From: a virus
Lineage: Duplodnaviria > Caudoviricetes
Reading direction: 5' to 3' (one strand)
DNA length: 50,037 nt
IMG/VR virus record: IMGVR_UViG_3300044711_000066
Location: 1-50,037 of that record
Shown: one piece after another, positions 1 to 8,617 of the stretch
Layout: the number at the start of each line of letters is the position of its first letter
Numbering within the stretch: position 1 is the first letter of the stretch
Translations under genes and position numbers: made by a program
Notes under the pieces: generated by a model
The model's input: the letters and a program-made list of their open reading frames with translations, nothing else
What the model was told of the DNA's origin: nothing
Database searches by the model: none

Positions 1-32
1 TGTCCAATGTTGTACTTTGCTGCTGCCTAAAT

Positions 33-320
33 TTACGGAGCATCGGGCTTCACGCTGATAGAAAATGCTGTTAACGGCTTGTTGGGCTTGCCATCGGCCC
101 GGATATGATACGGTTCCGGCGCCACGGTATTCCACTTGGCGAAGGCCGCCGCAATATCCTCGAACTGCTCGGCCTCCTGCTCGTTCTCCGTGACTTCCAG
201 CTTGCCGCCGTCGTAGCCGTGCTCCGGGTTGACATAGGTCGCATCGTAGCTCTTTAGCCACTTGCCGACCGCGAAGTGAGGCCCGCCGCTGACGAGCCCC
301 ACAATGAATATCCGTGTCAT
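33..320 (-). CDS. hypothetical phage protein
   Basis: 95 aa; ATGA overlap with the clamp gene. Confidence 0.7.
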   Translation of the reverse strand: MTRIFIVGLVSGGPHFAVGKWLKSYDATYVNPEHGYDGGKLEVTENEQEAEQFEDIAAAFAKWNTVAPEPYHIRADGKPNKPLTAFSISVKPDAP

Positions 321-1717
321 ACCCGCATCGGCATGACGATGTACCGATACTCCGTCTTGCCGGCCAACGGAGAGAGCTCCATGGGATTGCCTATGCCGTT
401 CCAGGTGAAAGCCGTCTCGGCCTCCGGAGCCATTCGGAAGTAATCCAGCATGTAATCGGCGTTGACGCCCAGGACTTCGCTTGTGGTCTGGAAGTCCGAG
501 TGAATGGTATCCGTATACCGGTTATCACTGCCGATAGTGCTGATGGTCAAGGCGTCCTTTTTGAATTGCAGGGAGACCGCATGGCTGAGCTCGTTGCAGA
601 ACGGCAGGACGGAAGCCAGAGCTTGCCGCATCTCTTCGGTATTCAGGACCGCCCGAAACTTGAAGGATTTCGGCATCACGCGCTCATGGTCCGGGAAATT
701 TCCGCTCAACTTGCGGGAGATCAGCCGGACTCTGCCGCCGCCCTCAAAGAACAAATGCTCCTCGCCGAACCACATGGCAATCGTATCGGACAGATTCGTC
801 ATGCCCGCCAGGATCTTGGTTGCCGCAATCGGGATCAGTTTCTTGAACTTGCCGCCCTTCTGCTCATTCCAAACCAAGGCCATGCGGTGGCCATCCGTAG
901 CGATCATATGCAGGCGCTCGCCGGTCGATTCAAACAGAACGCCGTTGAGCGTGAACCGGGATTCTTCTTTGCTGACCGCGAATGCCGTCCGGCTGATGAA
1001 GTCCCGCAATACCTTGGCCTCGATCACAAGCTGCGGATCGCCCGCGGGCCACTTCGGCAGCTCCGGCCAGGAATCGATACCAAATTCCGTCATGCCCATG
1101 GTTTTTGAGCCCGTGGTGAGTTCGGCCGGCGTGACCTTGAGTTCGCCCGCTTGCTTGATCTTCAGCGCGGCCTGGATCGGCTGAGCCGCGAGAACGGCCT
1201 CGCCTTCGCCCTTGCCTTTCGCCCGGACCGTGATCGCTTGCTCCAGGTCGGTGCCGGTGATCTCGACGGTATACTTGTCCGCCCGGATCCGCAGGCCGGT
1301 CAGGATCGGGATGGTCGATCGTTTCTCTACCGCTTGCATGACGATCTTCACGGCCGCTTCCAGATCGCTGCGCTCCATGGTGAACTGCAATTTCTTGGTT
1401 TTCGTTTTGGCCATCGGACTCCCTTCAGGTTGCGGCTCGGGCATTGCCTCGGCCGGCTTCAATTCCCCGTTCGGCTCGGTCGCGGCGTAGTCTATGGTGG
1501 ACTGTAGCCACAACTGAGTCAACTTGTTTTTGCCCATTTCGCGGTCCGCATCGGACAGGCCCGTTTCCTGAGCATAGGTTTCGAGTTCGGCGAGCAACTG
1601 CTCCGGGGTGACCGTAGTGCATCCCCTGGAAGCCAGCCGCTCGTTAACGGCTATCATGGCCGCGTAGACGGCCGGTGAGACTTGCCCTTCGTCATATACT
1701 GCCGGTTGATTCTCCAT
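317..1717 (-). CDS. dnaN: DNA polymerase III beta sliding clamp with ~100-aa N-terminal extension
   Basis: Motifs KRSTIPILTG, ITGTDLE, SRFTLNGV, IATDGHR, GNFPDHERV, YIVMPMRV; RBS AACAGGAG at 1717; second SD plus ATG at 1414. Confidence 0.92.
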   Translation of the reverse strand: MENQPAVYDEGQVSPAVYAAMIAVNERLASRGCTTVTPEQLLAELETYAQETGLSDADREMGKNKLTQLWLQSTIDYAATEPNGELKPAEAMPEPQPEGSPMAKTKTKKLQFTMERSDLEAAVKIVMQAVEKRSTIPILTGLRIRADKYTVEITGTDLEQAITVRAKGKGEGEAVLAAQPIQAALKIKQAGELKVTPAELTTGSKTMGMTEFGIDSWPELPKWPAGDPQLVIEAKVLRDFISRTAFAVSKEESRFTLNGVLFESTGERLHMIATDGHRMALVWNEQKGGKFKKLIPIAATKILAGMTNLSDTIAMWFGEEHLFFEGGGRVRLISRKLSGNFPDHERVMPKSFKFRAVLNTEEMRQALASVLPFCNELSHAVSLQFKKDALTISTIGSDNRYTDTIHSDFQTTSEVLGVNADYMLDYFRMAPEAETAFTWNGIGNPMELSPLAGKTEYRYIVMPMRV

Positions 1718-1720
1718 GTT

Positions 1721-2041
1721 TTATTCTCCTGTTTGTACAATGTTGGACTTCTTCTTTAGATCTAGAAAAACCTCGTGAAGGGAGCCAGCTATTTCGGTTT
1801 GTTCGTACCAGTTCTCCCCAATGGACTTCAGGTACCTCTTGTCGGAGCGGTGCGGTAGGGGCTTGACCGAAAACCCTGGCAACCCTCCACATTCTCCATC
1901 CAGAGCTACTAAGATTGAAAAGGCCAGCCCCTCCAGGGAATCCCGCTTGCCAGCCGGCTGATGCTCCCAATAGTCAACCATTGCCCAGATGTGACGAAGA
2001 AACTTACCTCGGACTTCCTCAGTCGTATAGGCGCGGCTCAT
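1721..2041 (-). CDS. hypothetical phage protein
   Basis: 106 aa, coupled in leftward operon. Confidence 0.75.
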   Translation of the reverse strand: MSRAYTTEEVRGKFLRHIWAMVDYWEHQPAGKRDSLEGLAFSILVALDGECGGLPGFSVKPLPHRSDKRYLKSIGENWYEQTEIAGSLHEVFLDLKKKSNIVQTGE

Positions 2042-2592
2042 TGCGGCCTCACAATTCTGCTCGGCGGTTCGCTCAACTTAGCCCGCAGGTTCGAGAGATC
2101 ATCCTTCGTCGCTCGCTCGATGGCCGCGACGGCTTTCAGCAGGATCGCCGTCATGGCCGGATCGGCCTGGACCGCCGCGCCTAGCCGCCACATGATGTAA
2201 GAGCTCAGTTCGCTCAGGACTTCGGTTACCTGATCGCATGCGGTTTCCTTCAGGATGAGATCGGCAATGTCCTCCGTGCTCATGGCATCCATCCAGCGAA
2301 CCTCGATGGCTTTCGCGGCCCGCAGAGCCGGAGCGTCCGCCACGCCGGTGAAAGTCAAATCGACTTCAGGTGCGTGCTTCTCCTGCCAGGTCCGCAGGTG
2401 TTGCATGGCGGCCGGCACGGAAGCATGTTCGGCCCCGTCCCAATCCTTACCGGCCTCCCACGGCGTACCGGAGCCGCCGACAGTCATTAGCCAACGGAAT
2501 GCCTTCTCGCGGGCTTTGATGAGCGTGAGTTTCTGCTCGCGGCCGTCCGGGTACTTCAGCGTAGCGTGCTTGGCGGCCGTCTTACTGTGCAT
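2038..2592 (-). CDS. hypothetical protein
   Basis: 184 aa, GGAGG RBS, overlaps neighbours. Confidence 0.7.
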   Translation of the reverse strand: MHSKTAAKHATLKYPDGREQKLTLIKAREKAFRWLMTVGGSGTPWEAGKDWDGAEHASVPAAMQHLRTWQEKHAPEVDLTFTGVADAPALRAAKAIEVRWMDAMSTEDIADLILKETACDQVTEVLSELSSYIMWRLGAAVQADPAMTAILLKAVAAIERATKDDLSNLRAKLSEPPSRIVRPQ

Positions 2593-2818
2593 AAAACCTC
2601 CGCATCTTTGGGCTTGCAGTGATTTGCAGGGATACTTTGTTTCCGTGAATCTTTCTGACCGTGATTGTCAACAGGGGCTGCAAATCTCCGCTACGGTCGT
2701 CGCACATAATCACGCGCGGTTCGTCCAAATCCAGAACCCAGAAGTTTTCCGGGTCTGGCGACGGTACATGACTCATGTCAAACATGCGCATGAACTGAGG
2801 TTTCTTTTCGTTGTTCAT
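2582..2818 (-). CDS. divergent CsrA/RsmA-like protein
   Basis: ITVRKIHGNKVSLQITASPK resembles CsrA VTVLGVKGNQVRIGVNAPK; N-terminal part divergent. Confidence 0.5.
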   Translation of the reverse strand: MNNEKKPQFMRMFDMSHVPSPDPENFWVLDLDEPRVIMCDDRSGDLQPLLTITVRKIHGNKVSLQITASPKMRRFYAQ

Positions 2819-3015
2819 TGCTCCGCCTTCCCGGTGAGCATGCGGTCCACATCCCGCAAAGTCTTATTCACCTGAGCTAGAACATAATACGCGCTATACG
2901 AAGAGATCACCGCCGCGTGAATCGGGACGCCTAGTTCCGATGTCTTGCCCTCGATGAAATCAAGAATCGCTGGATTGAATCGAACAACAAACGTGTCTTG
3001 GCACTTTATTTTCAT
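2815..3015 (-). CDS. hypothetical protein
   Basis: 66 aa, AAGGGAGGT RBS, ATGA overlap. Confidence 0.7.
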   Translation of the reverse strand: MKIKCQDTFVVRFNPAILDFIEGKTSELGVPIHAAVISSYSAYYVLAQVNKTLRDVDRMLTGKAEQ

Positions 3016-3031
3016 TGCACCTCCCTTGTCC

Positions 3032-3113
3032 TGCGAGCCACCAGCCGCCAGCGGTTCTCACCCTTGCCGTACTGGCGGCTACGGCCCGTGGGGTATTACA
3101 CTGATGGCTCGCA
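3032..3113 (-). ncRNA. pseudoknotted leader RNA of unknown class
   Basis: 13-bp closing stem, UACCC/GGGUG stem, GCCGUA/UACGGC hairpin whose loop GCCGCCAG is complementary to downstream CUGGCGGC. Confidence 0.55.
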
Positions 3114-3198
3114 CGACAGTCCAATGTTGGACAAAAATGAGGGACGGCAGGCCGACAAATCCCGCCGTCCCCGAGGCTTAAGGTAACGCAACAGGAGA

Positions 3199-4257
3199 CT
3201 ACGCCTTAGCGGTAGCGATCTCTTTCCAGTCGCCTGGCGCCAAGCTCAGAATACGGCCGCCCACGGTCTCTAGCTCCGTAGCGCGATCGTACGATTCCAC
3301 TTCGCCGGCAACCGAGGTAACGGCGTTCATCAGGCCCCACGCATTCAGGCCGATGCCGTCGCCGATCAGGTGCCGCAGGACCGAGCCCTTCTCGGCCTCA
3401 TTCAACGCGAATTTGTTGGACAGCACCTCGACTACCTGAGGGACGTCGCCGTCGATCTTCTGCTCGGACGATTCCCGCATGCGGTCCAGGAGCTTGTCGA
3501 ACATGACTTGCTGCAACACGGCCCGCACGGTATCGCGGACCTTGAGCCAAAAGGCCCGGTCATCGGCCTTCAGGGTCTCATCCGCGAACACTTCGTAGGC
3601 TTCTTCTTCGCCTTCCGATGCCCGCCCGGTGTGATACTTGCGCTGGCCGAACTCTTCCACCACCATGCCATTCAGGCAGGCCAGCCGGTTGAGAAACGGG
3701 AACGCATTGACCGACCCTTGGCCGATCTCAGAATTGCTGATGATGGCTCCCGCTTGGACGATATCGCCCTTTTTCACTTCACCTTGGACCCGCGGAGTCG
3801 TGAACTTTAGATAGAGCTTCACGTCCGTGATATCGCAGGAAATCAATTGCAGGTCGCGGACCTCGGCCAGCTCCGGCAGTAGCGCGAGAGCCAGGTCTAC
3901 ATTGTCCAGCCGGCGATAGCGGTTGCTCAGGAAGGCCCGTGCTACCGGCTTTTCCAGAGTCATGGTACGCAGCATGCGCCGCTCGGGTTTGCGGTCAAAC
4001 CAGCGGTTCACGTTGTAATCCAGCAGCTCCGGATCCTCGGCCCGCATGCGGTCGTAATAGCGGGCGTCGATCTTGAGCCGCGATTGAATCTGCCGGTGGG
4101 TGTGATCGGTTACCCCGAAGTCGCCGTGTCCGTTGACGGAAATAGTATTTCCGCCCGCCATGTGCATCGCGTTCGTGGTAGCTACGATGTCCCGTTTCGC
4201 GGCGGCCTGCCGTTCAATTTCAGCCGCCAGACCTGTGAGTGACTTGCCAATTTTCAT
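3199..4257 (-). CDS. DUF932-family protein
   Basis: ARAFLSNRYRRLDN, ISNSEIGQGS, RLACLNGM, WGLMNAVT; own promoter and RBS. Confidence 0.8.
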   Translation of the reverse strand: MKIGKSLTGLAAEIERQAAAKRDIVATTNAMHMAGGNTISVNGHGDFGVTDHTHRQIQSRLKIDARYYDRMRAEDPELLDYNVNRWFDRKPERRMLRTMTLEKPVARAFLSNRYRRLDNVDLALALLPELAEVRDLQLISCDITDVKLYLKFTTPRVQGEVKKGDIVQAGAIISNSEIGQGSVNAFPFLNRLACLNGMVVEEFGQRKYHTGRASEGEEEAYEVFADETLKADDRAFWLKVRDTVRAVLQQVMFDKLLDRMRESSEQKIDGDVPQVVEVLSNKFALNEAEKGSVLRHLIGDGIGLNAWGLMNAVTSVAGEVESYDRATELETVGGRILSLAPGDWKEIATAKA

Positions 4258-4314
4258 ATCGTATTCTCCTGTTTAGTGCCCGGTTTCCGCCGGGCTCGGT
4301 TTGTTGACGCAGCC

Positions 4315-4343
4315 AGTGTAACCGGTGTCAACGGAAAAGTAAA
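4315..4343 (-). promoter_or_regulatory. sigma70-like promoter
   Basis: TTTACT-N17-TACACT upstream of DUF932 gene. Confidence 0.6.
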
Positions 4344-4411
4344 GACCCACTTCAAACCGTTGAACCGGTTGGAGTTGTTCAGTTTTCCGGTGAAATCGGA
4401 CAACTGAACCA

Positions 4412-4648
4412 TCATGCCCCATGCGCGCGCTTCTGTTTCTTGCGCTCGGCCTTCTCTAGCGCGGCCTGTCTAGCGAGAATTTTGTACCCAAATTCCAGGA
4501 TCGCGTCGTAGCTGACCGCCACTCGCTGCCGGGTGCCCTTGCGCCGGAGGACCGCATAGCCGGGATGAAGCTCAATGAGCAATGGCCGGCCGCGATAGTA
4601 CGTGCCGGTCTCACGCCGCAGGGGTGATTCGGGTTTGATCTGGGTCAT
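4412..4648 (-). CDS. hypothetical basic protein
   Basis: 78 aa, ATGA-coupled. Confidence 0.65.
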   Translation of the reverse strand: MTQIKPESPLRRETGTYYRGRPLLIELHPGYAVLRRKGTRQRVAVSYDAILEFGYKILARQAALEKAERKKQKRAHGA

Positions 4649-4821
4649 GCGGCCCTCGTGATCTCCGGGAAAGCCGCTACAACCGCCTTCAGCTCGTCGT
4701 CCGTCTTGCCTTCAGCAACTGCGGCCTCCAGCGCCTTGTACAGCTTCGGAATGGACATCATGGGGATCATGAATCCAGTCACCGCGTTCTGGATACGCAT
4801 AGCTATCTGTTTCTTTTTCAT
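4645..4821 (-). CDS. hypothetical 58-aa protein (not in ORF track)
   Basis: MKKKQIAMRIQNAV...; AACAGGAGAAT RBS; overlap with next gene. Confidence 0.75.
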   Translation of the reverse strand: MKKKQIAMRIQNAVTGFMIPMMSIPKLYKALEAAVAEGKTDDELKAVVAAFPEITRAA

Positions 4822-4877
4822 AGTGTATTCTCCTGTTTTGGCCGCTGTCCGGCGGCCTCGGGTTTGTTCGCTCCGGC

Positions 4878-4906
4878 AGAGTAAAGCCGCCGCAGCGAAA
4901 AGTCAA
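4878..4906 (-). promoter_or_regulatory. sigma70-like promoter
   Basis: TTGACT-N17-TACTCT. Confidence 0.65.
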
Positions 4907-5304
4907 GAACTTTTCCGGTAACTCGTTCTATTTGCAGGCCGTTTTCGGAATTTCTCCCCCGGCTTGACGAGTTCGGACACATTGATACCGCGTCGCCGGA
5001 ATTGGGCATACTCCGGGAGCCTGAGGTAGATCGCCTCGGCCCGCCGGCGCCATAGCGCAGCCTTGAAGCCGTTCAGGGACAGCGCCCGGTAGTAAGCGTA
5101 TCTCCCGAGCGCTCCAGACGCCTGTACGTAGCCGTATGGCCGCGTAGGGAACCTCCGCGCGGCCTCCGGCTTGTTGGAGTTCGCCTGGCCGCTCCGCCAG
5201 CCCGTATGGGCGCTAAAGCTCGCGTGATAGAACGCGAGTAACGCCTCCGGGCTGAGGAAGTCCAGATCGGGGATATGAACCTGGTCGGTCCGCCGGTGAC
5301 TCAT
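4903..5304 (-). CDS. hypothetical protein
   Basis: Start MSHRRTDQ, ATGA-coupled. Confidence 0.6.
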   Translation of the reverse strand: MSHRRTDQVHIPDLDFLSPEALLAFYHASFSAHTGWRSGQANSNKPEAARRFPTRPYGYVQASGALGRYAYYRALSLNGFKAALWRRRAEAIYLRLPEYAQFRRRGINVSELVKPGEKFRKRPANRTSYRKSS

Positions 5305-5411
5305 CGGCCGTGCCTGCCGTATGGATGCCGCCAGTAGTGAAATTTCAGGCGTACCCATGCAAACCACGAATCCTTGAACCACCACGGACGCCGCCAGTTG
5401 AGCCAGTTCAT
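5301..5411 (-). CDS. 36-aa Trp/Arg-rich peptide (not in ORF track)
   Basis: MNWLNWRRPWWFKDSWFAWVRLKFHYWRHPYGRHGR; ATGA overlaps at both ends. Confidence 0.65.
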   Translation of the reverse strand: MNWLNWRRPWWFKDSWFAWVRLKFHYWRHPYGRHGR

Positions 5412-5656
5412 TCCTTGCCCCTACGGGCGTTAAGGCTATCTTGCAAGCGCCGGTAGTCTGCTTCAGTGAAGCCGATCATATCCCGCTCTTGTTCAACATT
5501 GGACAAACCCGAAAGCTGGCGGAGCATTCCGGTTGTGATTCGCGTATACAGCCGTTCGTATTCCGCTCCGAGCTGTGGCGGTAGATCGGCTTCGATCCTG
5601 TCCCGCAATGCGGCCCGTAATAGTTCAAGTTCGCGGTCTGAAAACGTGAGCGTCAT
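5408..5656 (-). CDS. hypothetical protein
   Basis: 82 aa, GGAGG RBS. Confidence 0.7.
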   Translation of the reverse strand: MTLTFSDRELELLRAALRDRIEADLPPQLGAEYERLYTRITTGMLRQLSGLSNVEQERDMIGFTEADYRRLQDSLNARRGKE

Positions 5657-6066
5657 TGTATGCCTCCAATCTCCGGTGCTATGACCGTGAGCACTTCGAC
5701 GCGCTCCAGGTCGCTCCGGCGCACGGAGAAATAAATCCGTGGCCGGAGTTGAATGGTGATGTGATGCTGGAAGTTCTGCCCGAGCAGTTCGCTGGCTGCC
5801 AGAACGCCGTTAATCTCAAAGCCGTCCTTCAGCGTGAGCAAGACCCAGAGCGAGCCCTTGACCGCAAAATCAGAAACCCGCCCGCTAAAGCCGCAGGCCA
5901 CACAGCAGCATGGGGAGCCGCCATCCCATTCGTGATCGCCGGAGTTCGCCTCGTCGGCATCGGTGCCGTCAGGCGTTAGGCGCACGTCGATCCAGGCCGT
6001 AACGTCGATCTGCGAATCGTCGTGGCACTGCGGGCATTCCATCTCCCAATTCTCGCGGACGCTCAT
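5653..6066 (-). CDS. Zn-ribbon protein
   Basis: CPQC...CVAC; start MSVRENW with GGAGG RBS. Confidence 0.7.
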   Translation of the reverse strand: MSVRENWEMECPQCHDDSQIDVTAWIDVRLTPDGTDADEANSGDHEWDGGSPCCCVACGFSGRVSDFAVKGSLWVLLTLKDGFEINGVLAASELLGQNFQHHITIQLRPRIYFSVRRSDLERVEVLTVIAPEIGGIQ

Positions 6067-6479
6067 TGACCACCTCCAGTTGGCTCCATGCCGATGCGGT
6101 ACGGACCTTGCGTGCGTCCGTAGCACTTCGGGCAGATAACCGAAGCGCCGTCTTCGTCGAACTTGCATTGCGTGCCGCAGGTGACGCACAGGCCCGGCGC
6201 GGCATACTCTTCAAAATCCATAGCGACCGATTCGCAGGAACTCGCCACGCCGGGTTGTCCAAACTTCCGCATAGCGCTAGCCATACCCCTGAAATCTTTG
6301 GCGTGGTTTTTGGCCACGTCCGGCCATTCATCGCCGTAGTCCACGCGAGGGTTTGAGTTGCTCAAATACTGCCGTGTTTCATACACGGCCACATTAACCG
6401 CTTCGATCAAGGCGAGATATTCTCGCGGTGTCAGGTCGATAGGAACGCTGATAGCGTCCGCTGCTGGAGGCATGCTCAT
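6063..6479 (-). CDS. hypothetical protein with C-terminal Zn ribbon
   Basis: CVTC...CPKC; GGAGG RBS. Confidence 0.7.
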   Translation of the reverse strand: MSMPPAADAISVPIDLTPREYLALIEAVNVAVYETRQYLSNSNPRVDYGDEWPDVAKNHAKDFRGMASAMRKFGQPGVASSCESVAMDFEEYAAPGLCVTCGTQCKFDEDGASVICPKCYGRTQGPYRIGMEPTGGGQ

Positions 6480-6685
6480 CGCTCACCTCCAAGCCGGAAC
6501 CGCAGGATGCGGACGCGGCCATGCTGCTGTACTTCCTTGCGCTCCAGTTCGGCATAGGCAGCCAGCCGCGCCTGAACGCCGGCGGACATGGTGAAATCCA
6601 AATCGTCATACCCGAGCCGTTCGGCCAGCCGGGTGAAAGTATGCCCTCGCCCATTGCGAGAGCCCGAGTCCGTAGGTTGTTGCAT
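6476..6685 (-). CDS. hypothetical protein
   Basis: Start MQQPTDS after AACAGGAGAAT RBS. Confidence 0.65.
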   Translation of the reverse strand: MQQPTDSGSRNGRGHTFTRLAERLGYDDLDFTMSAGVQARLAAYAELERKEVQQHGRVRILRFRLGGER

Positions 6686-6703
6686 GGTGATTCTCCTGTT
6701 TTT

Positions 6704-6750
6704 GGCTCTGTGTTTTGCATACGGGCTTGCCACCGTCATCGGCCACATTA
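6704..6750 (-). ncRNA. twister ribozyme-like core
   Basis: UAA-UGUG-GCC-GAUG-ACGG-UGGCAAGC-CCGU-AUGCAAAA-CACA-GA-GCC: P2, P4, AAGC loop and GGC/GCC pseudoknot; P1 not evident. Confidence 0.7.
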
Positions 6751-6845
6751 CGGCGTGGGCCGGCATTACACCGGCCCGGTTGCATAATGCACCTCCGCAA
6801 GAGGCATTTGTCCAATATTGAACAAATGCCGCTTGGCGCAGAGCA

Positions 6846-7052
6846 CTAGGGCGTGAATGGCAGCAAGTTCATATCGAAGTCCAGAACTCCCTTGGCACCT
6901 TGGGCTACCACCAGACCACATACGCAATCTATCGGAGCGTTCATGGCCACGCACGGCGGGTTGTCGCAGTGATCCGCCGTGCCATGATCGAAAGCCTTGC
7001 AGCACTCCGGGCAGCGCCCGTAATAGCTACCGCAGTTTGGGCAATCAGGCAT
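6846..7052 (-). CDS. Cys-rich small protein
   Basis: CPNC, CPEC, CDNPPC, CVC; GGAGG RBS. Confidence 0.65.
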   Translation of the reverse strand: MPDCPNCGSYYGRCPECCKAFDHGTADHCDNPPCVAMNAPIDCVCGLVVAQGAKGVLDFDMNLLPFTP

Positions 7053-7254
7053 TGGCCACCTCCGCTTTAATTTCAGCGATATAGTGATCCATAGTCGCAG
7101 GGAGAACCCGCTCGACGTGATGCTCCCCGAAGATCACCGGGTCATCCGCGTGCTTGTCGTAATCGACCGCGTAGGCCGTAATGCGTCCGTCTGAATCTCC
7201 GTCCACGATGACTTGCTGGAGCACGCCGCCCTCGATGGTGATTAGGATTCTCAT
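7045..7254 (-). CDS. hypothetical phage protein
   Basis: MRILITIEGGVLQ...AVDYD; coupled. Confidence 0.7.
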   Translation of the reverse strand: MRILITIEGGVLQQVIVDGDSDGRITAYAVDYDKHADDPVIFGEHHVERVLPATMDHYIAEIKAEVANA

Positions 7255-7637
7255 GCCGTCACCTGTTCCGCGGCCTGAGCCGCGTCTATGGTGGCTTCGT
7301 CGAGCGTGGTATACCCGCAGAGCCGCACCTGCCAGTCTTTCAGGCCCTCGCCGCCTGATGTGGAAAACCCGTTATTCATCCAGGCGCCGCCCGGCATGAC
7401 TTCGCGGAGCCCATGCGGGCCGATGGGGAAGTGCTTCTCATCCCAGGCCATGAATTTCCCCATGATCTGGGTGGCCGTGGATTTGTTGCATGTCGGCCAG
7501 CCGTCGAGCTTGGCGATCCAATCCCAGGCCGGGAAGACCATGCGATACACGCCCTCTACGGCCTCGGTCTGTGTGGTGGCCGCGTCGAGCATGGCTTGAA
7601 TCTTCTGCGGGTCGAGCTTGATGGTATTAGCTGGCAT
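7251..7637 (-). CDS. hypothetical protein
   Basis: Likely start MPANTIK overlapping the upstream gene. Confidence 0.7.
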   Translation of the reverse strand: MPANTIKLDPQKIQAMLDAATTQTEAVEGVYRMVFPAWDWIAKLDGWPTCNKSTATQIMGKFMAWDEKHFPIGPHGLREVMPGGAWMNNGFSTSGGEGLKDWQVRLCGYTTLDEATIDAAQAAEQVTA

Positions 7638-7812
7638 TGCGCACTTCCCGCACGACTTTCGTGTAATGATCGACGATGAACGCCATTCCGGCGGCATACC
7701 AGCGTTCCAGGGGTTCGTTGTGGTATGCCCAATAGGCACAGAACTCCAAGCGGTTGAGGACACGCCGCACGGCTGTTATTGGGTCCTCATGGTCGAGATA
7801 GGGGTGAGTCAT
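7627..7812 (-). CDS. hypothetical protein
   Basis: 61 aa, GGAGG RBS, ATGA-coupled. Confidence 0.65.
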   Translation of the reverse strand: MTHPYLDHEDPITAVRRVLNRLEFCAYWAYHNEPLERWYAAGMAFIVDHYTKVVREVRNAS

Positions 7813-8096
7813 GCCGCCACCTCCACACTGACGCCAGCCGCTAGCTCATAGCAGGCGTCAAAGGCACGGCCAGCCGCCAGCTCGTCAAGCTGAGTGCCGG
7901 CGAGTGATGCGATCTTGTCGGCATAGGCGCGGGAGATCGGGTGATTGTTAACCCAATCCGTGCCCATGTTGAGCCGCCTGGCTTCAGGCCATAGCGTCTC
8001 TGTGAGAACTTCGTGAAATGAGCGAACGACTCCAGACAGATTGCAGGCGTCCTGAACCTGTAGAGCCAGTCGCGCGGCGTCTTGAATACTCTGCAT
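7809..8096 (-). CDS. hypothetical phage protein
   Basis: MQSIQDAARLALQVQDACNLSG; AACAGGAGAAT RBS. Confidence 0.75.
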   Translation of the reverse strand: MQSIQDAARLALQVQDACNLSGVVRSFHEVLTETLWPEARRLNMGTDWVNNHPISRAYADKIASLAGTQLDELAAGRAFDACYELAAGVSVEVAA

Positions 8097-8151
8097 TGTG
8101 GATTCTCCTGTTTGTGCCGTGTCGCCACGGCGTTTTTTCGATCCGGCAGCG

Positions 8152-8180
8152 AGTGTAACGCCACGCCAACGTTGTGTCAA
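8152..8180 (-). promoter_or_regulatory. sigma70-like promoter
   Basis: TTGACA-N17-TACACT. Confidence 0.75.
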
Positions 8181-8617
8181 GGTTTTTCGTTAAACCACGC
8201 CGACGTAACAACTTGACGAGATCGGTACTTTACTTGCTCACGACGGCGTTTGCATAGGGCATACTTGACAAGATGTGAACAGCGACCGTACAATCTCCGA
8301 TTGTACGGGTTATGGCATGTTTCATGCGTCATTCTGCTAGGGTGTCCGAGGGTTTCCGTTAGTCCAATATTGTACAAATTGGGCATAACCGTCACGCGGG
8401 CAAAGCCCGGTGTAAAGGGGAGCATCATAGACGCGGGCTGTTGCTGGACTCCTTGCCCGCTAGTATTTTGGGACGGTGTACCAGTGGCGTGTTCGGTCGC
8501 TCAGCCGTGTCAAGCTGGGTGAGTAGGGGACGTGCGGGAGAGTCTAGCAGGGGAGCAAGAAAACGCCCACCTGGAGCGGTTCCAGGTGGGCGTCAGGTGG
8601 TGGGATTGGTTGGTGGG

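Noticed and set aside
314-1184. Long plus-strand ORFs of 264 and 226 aa
   Set aside because: Antisense shadows of the clamp gene in GC-rich DNA
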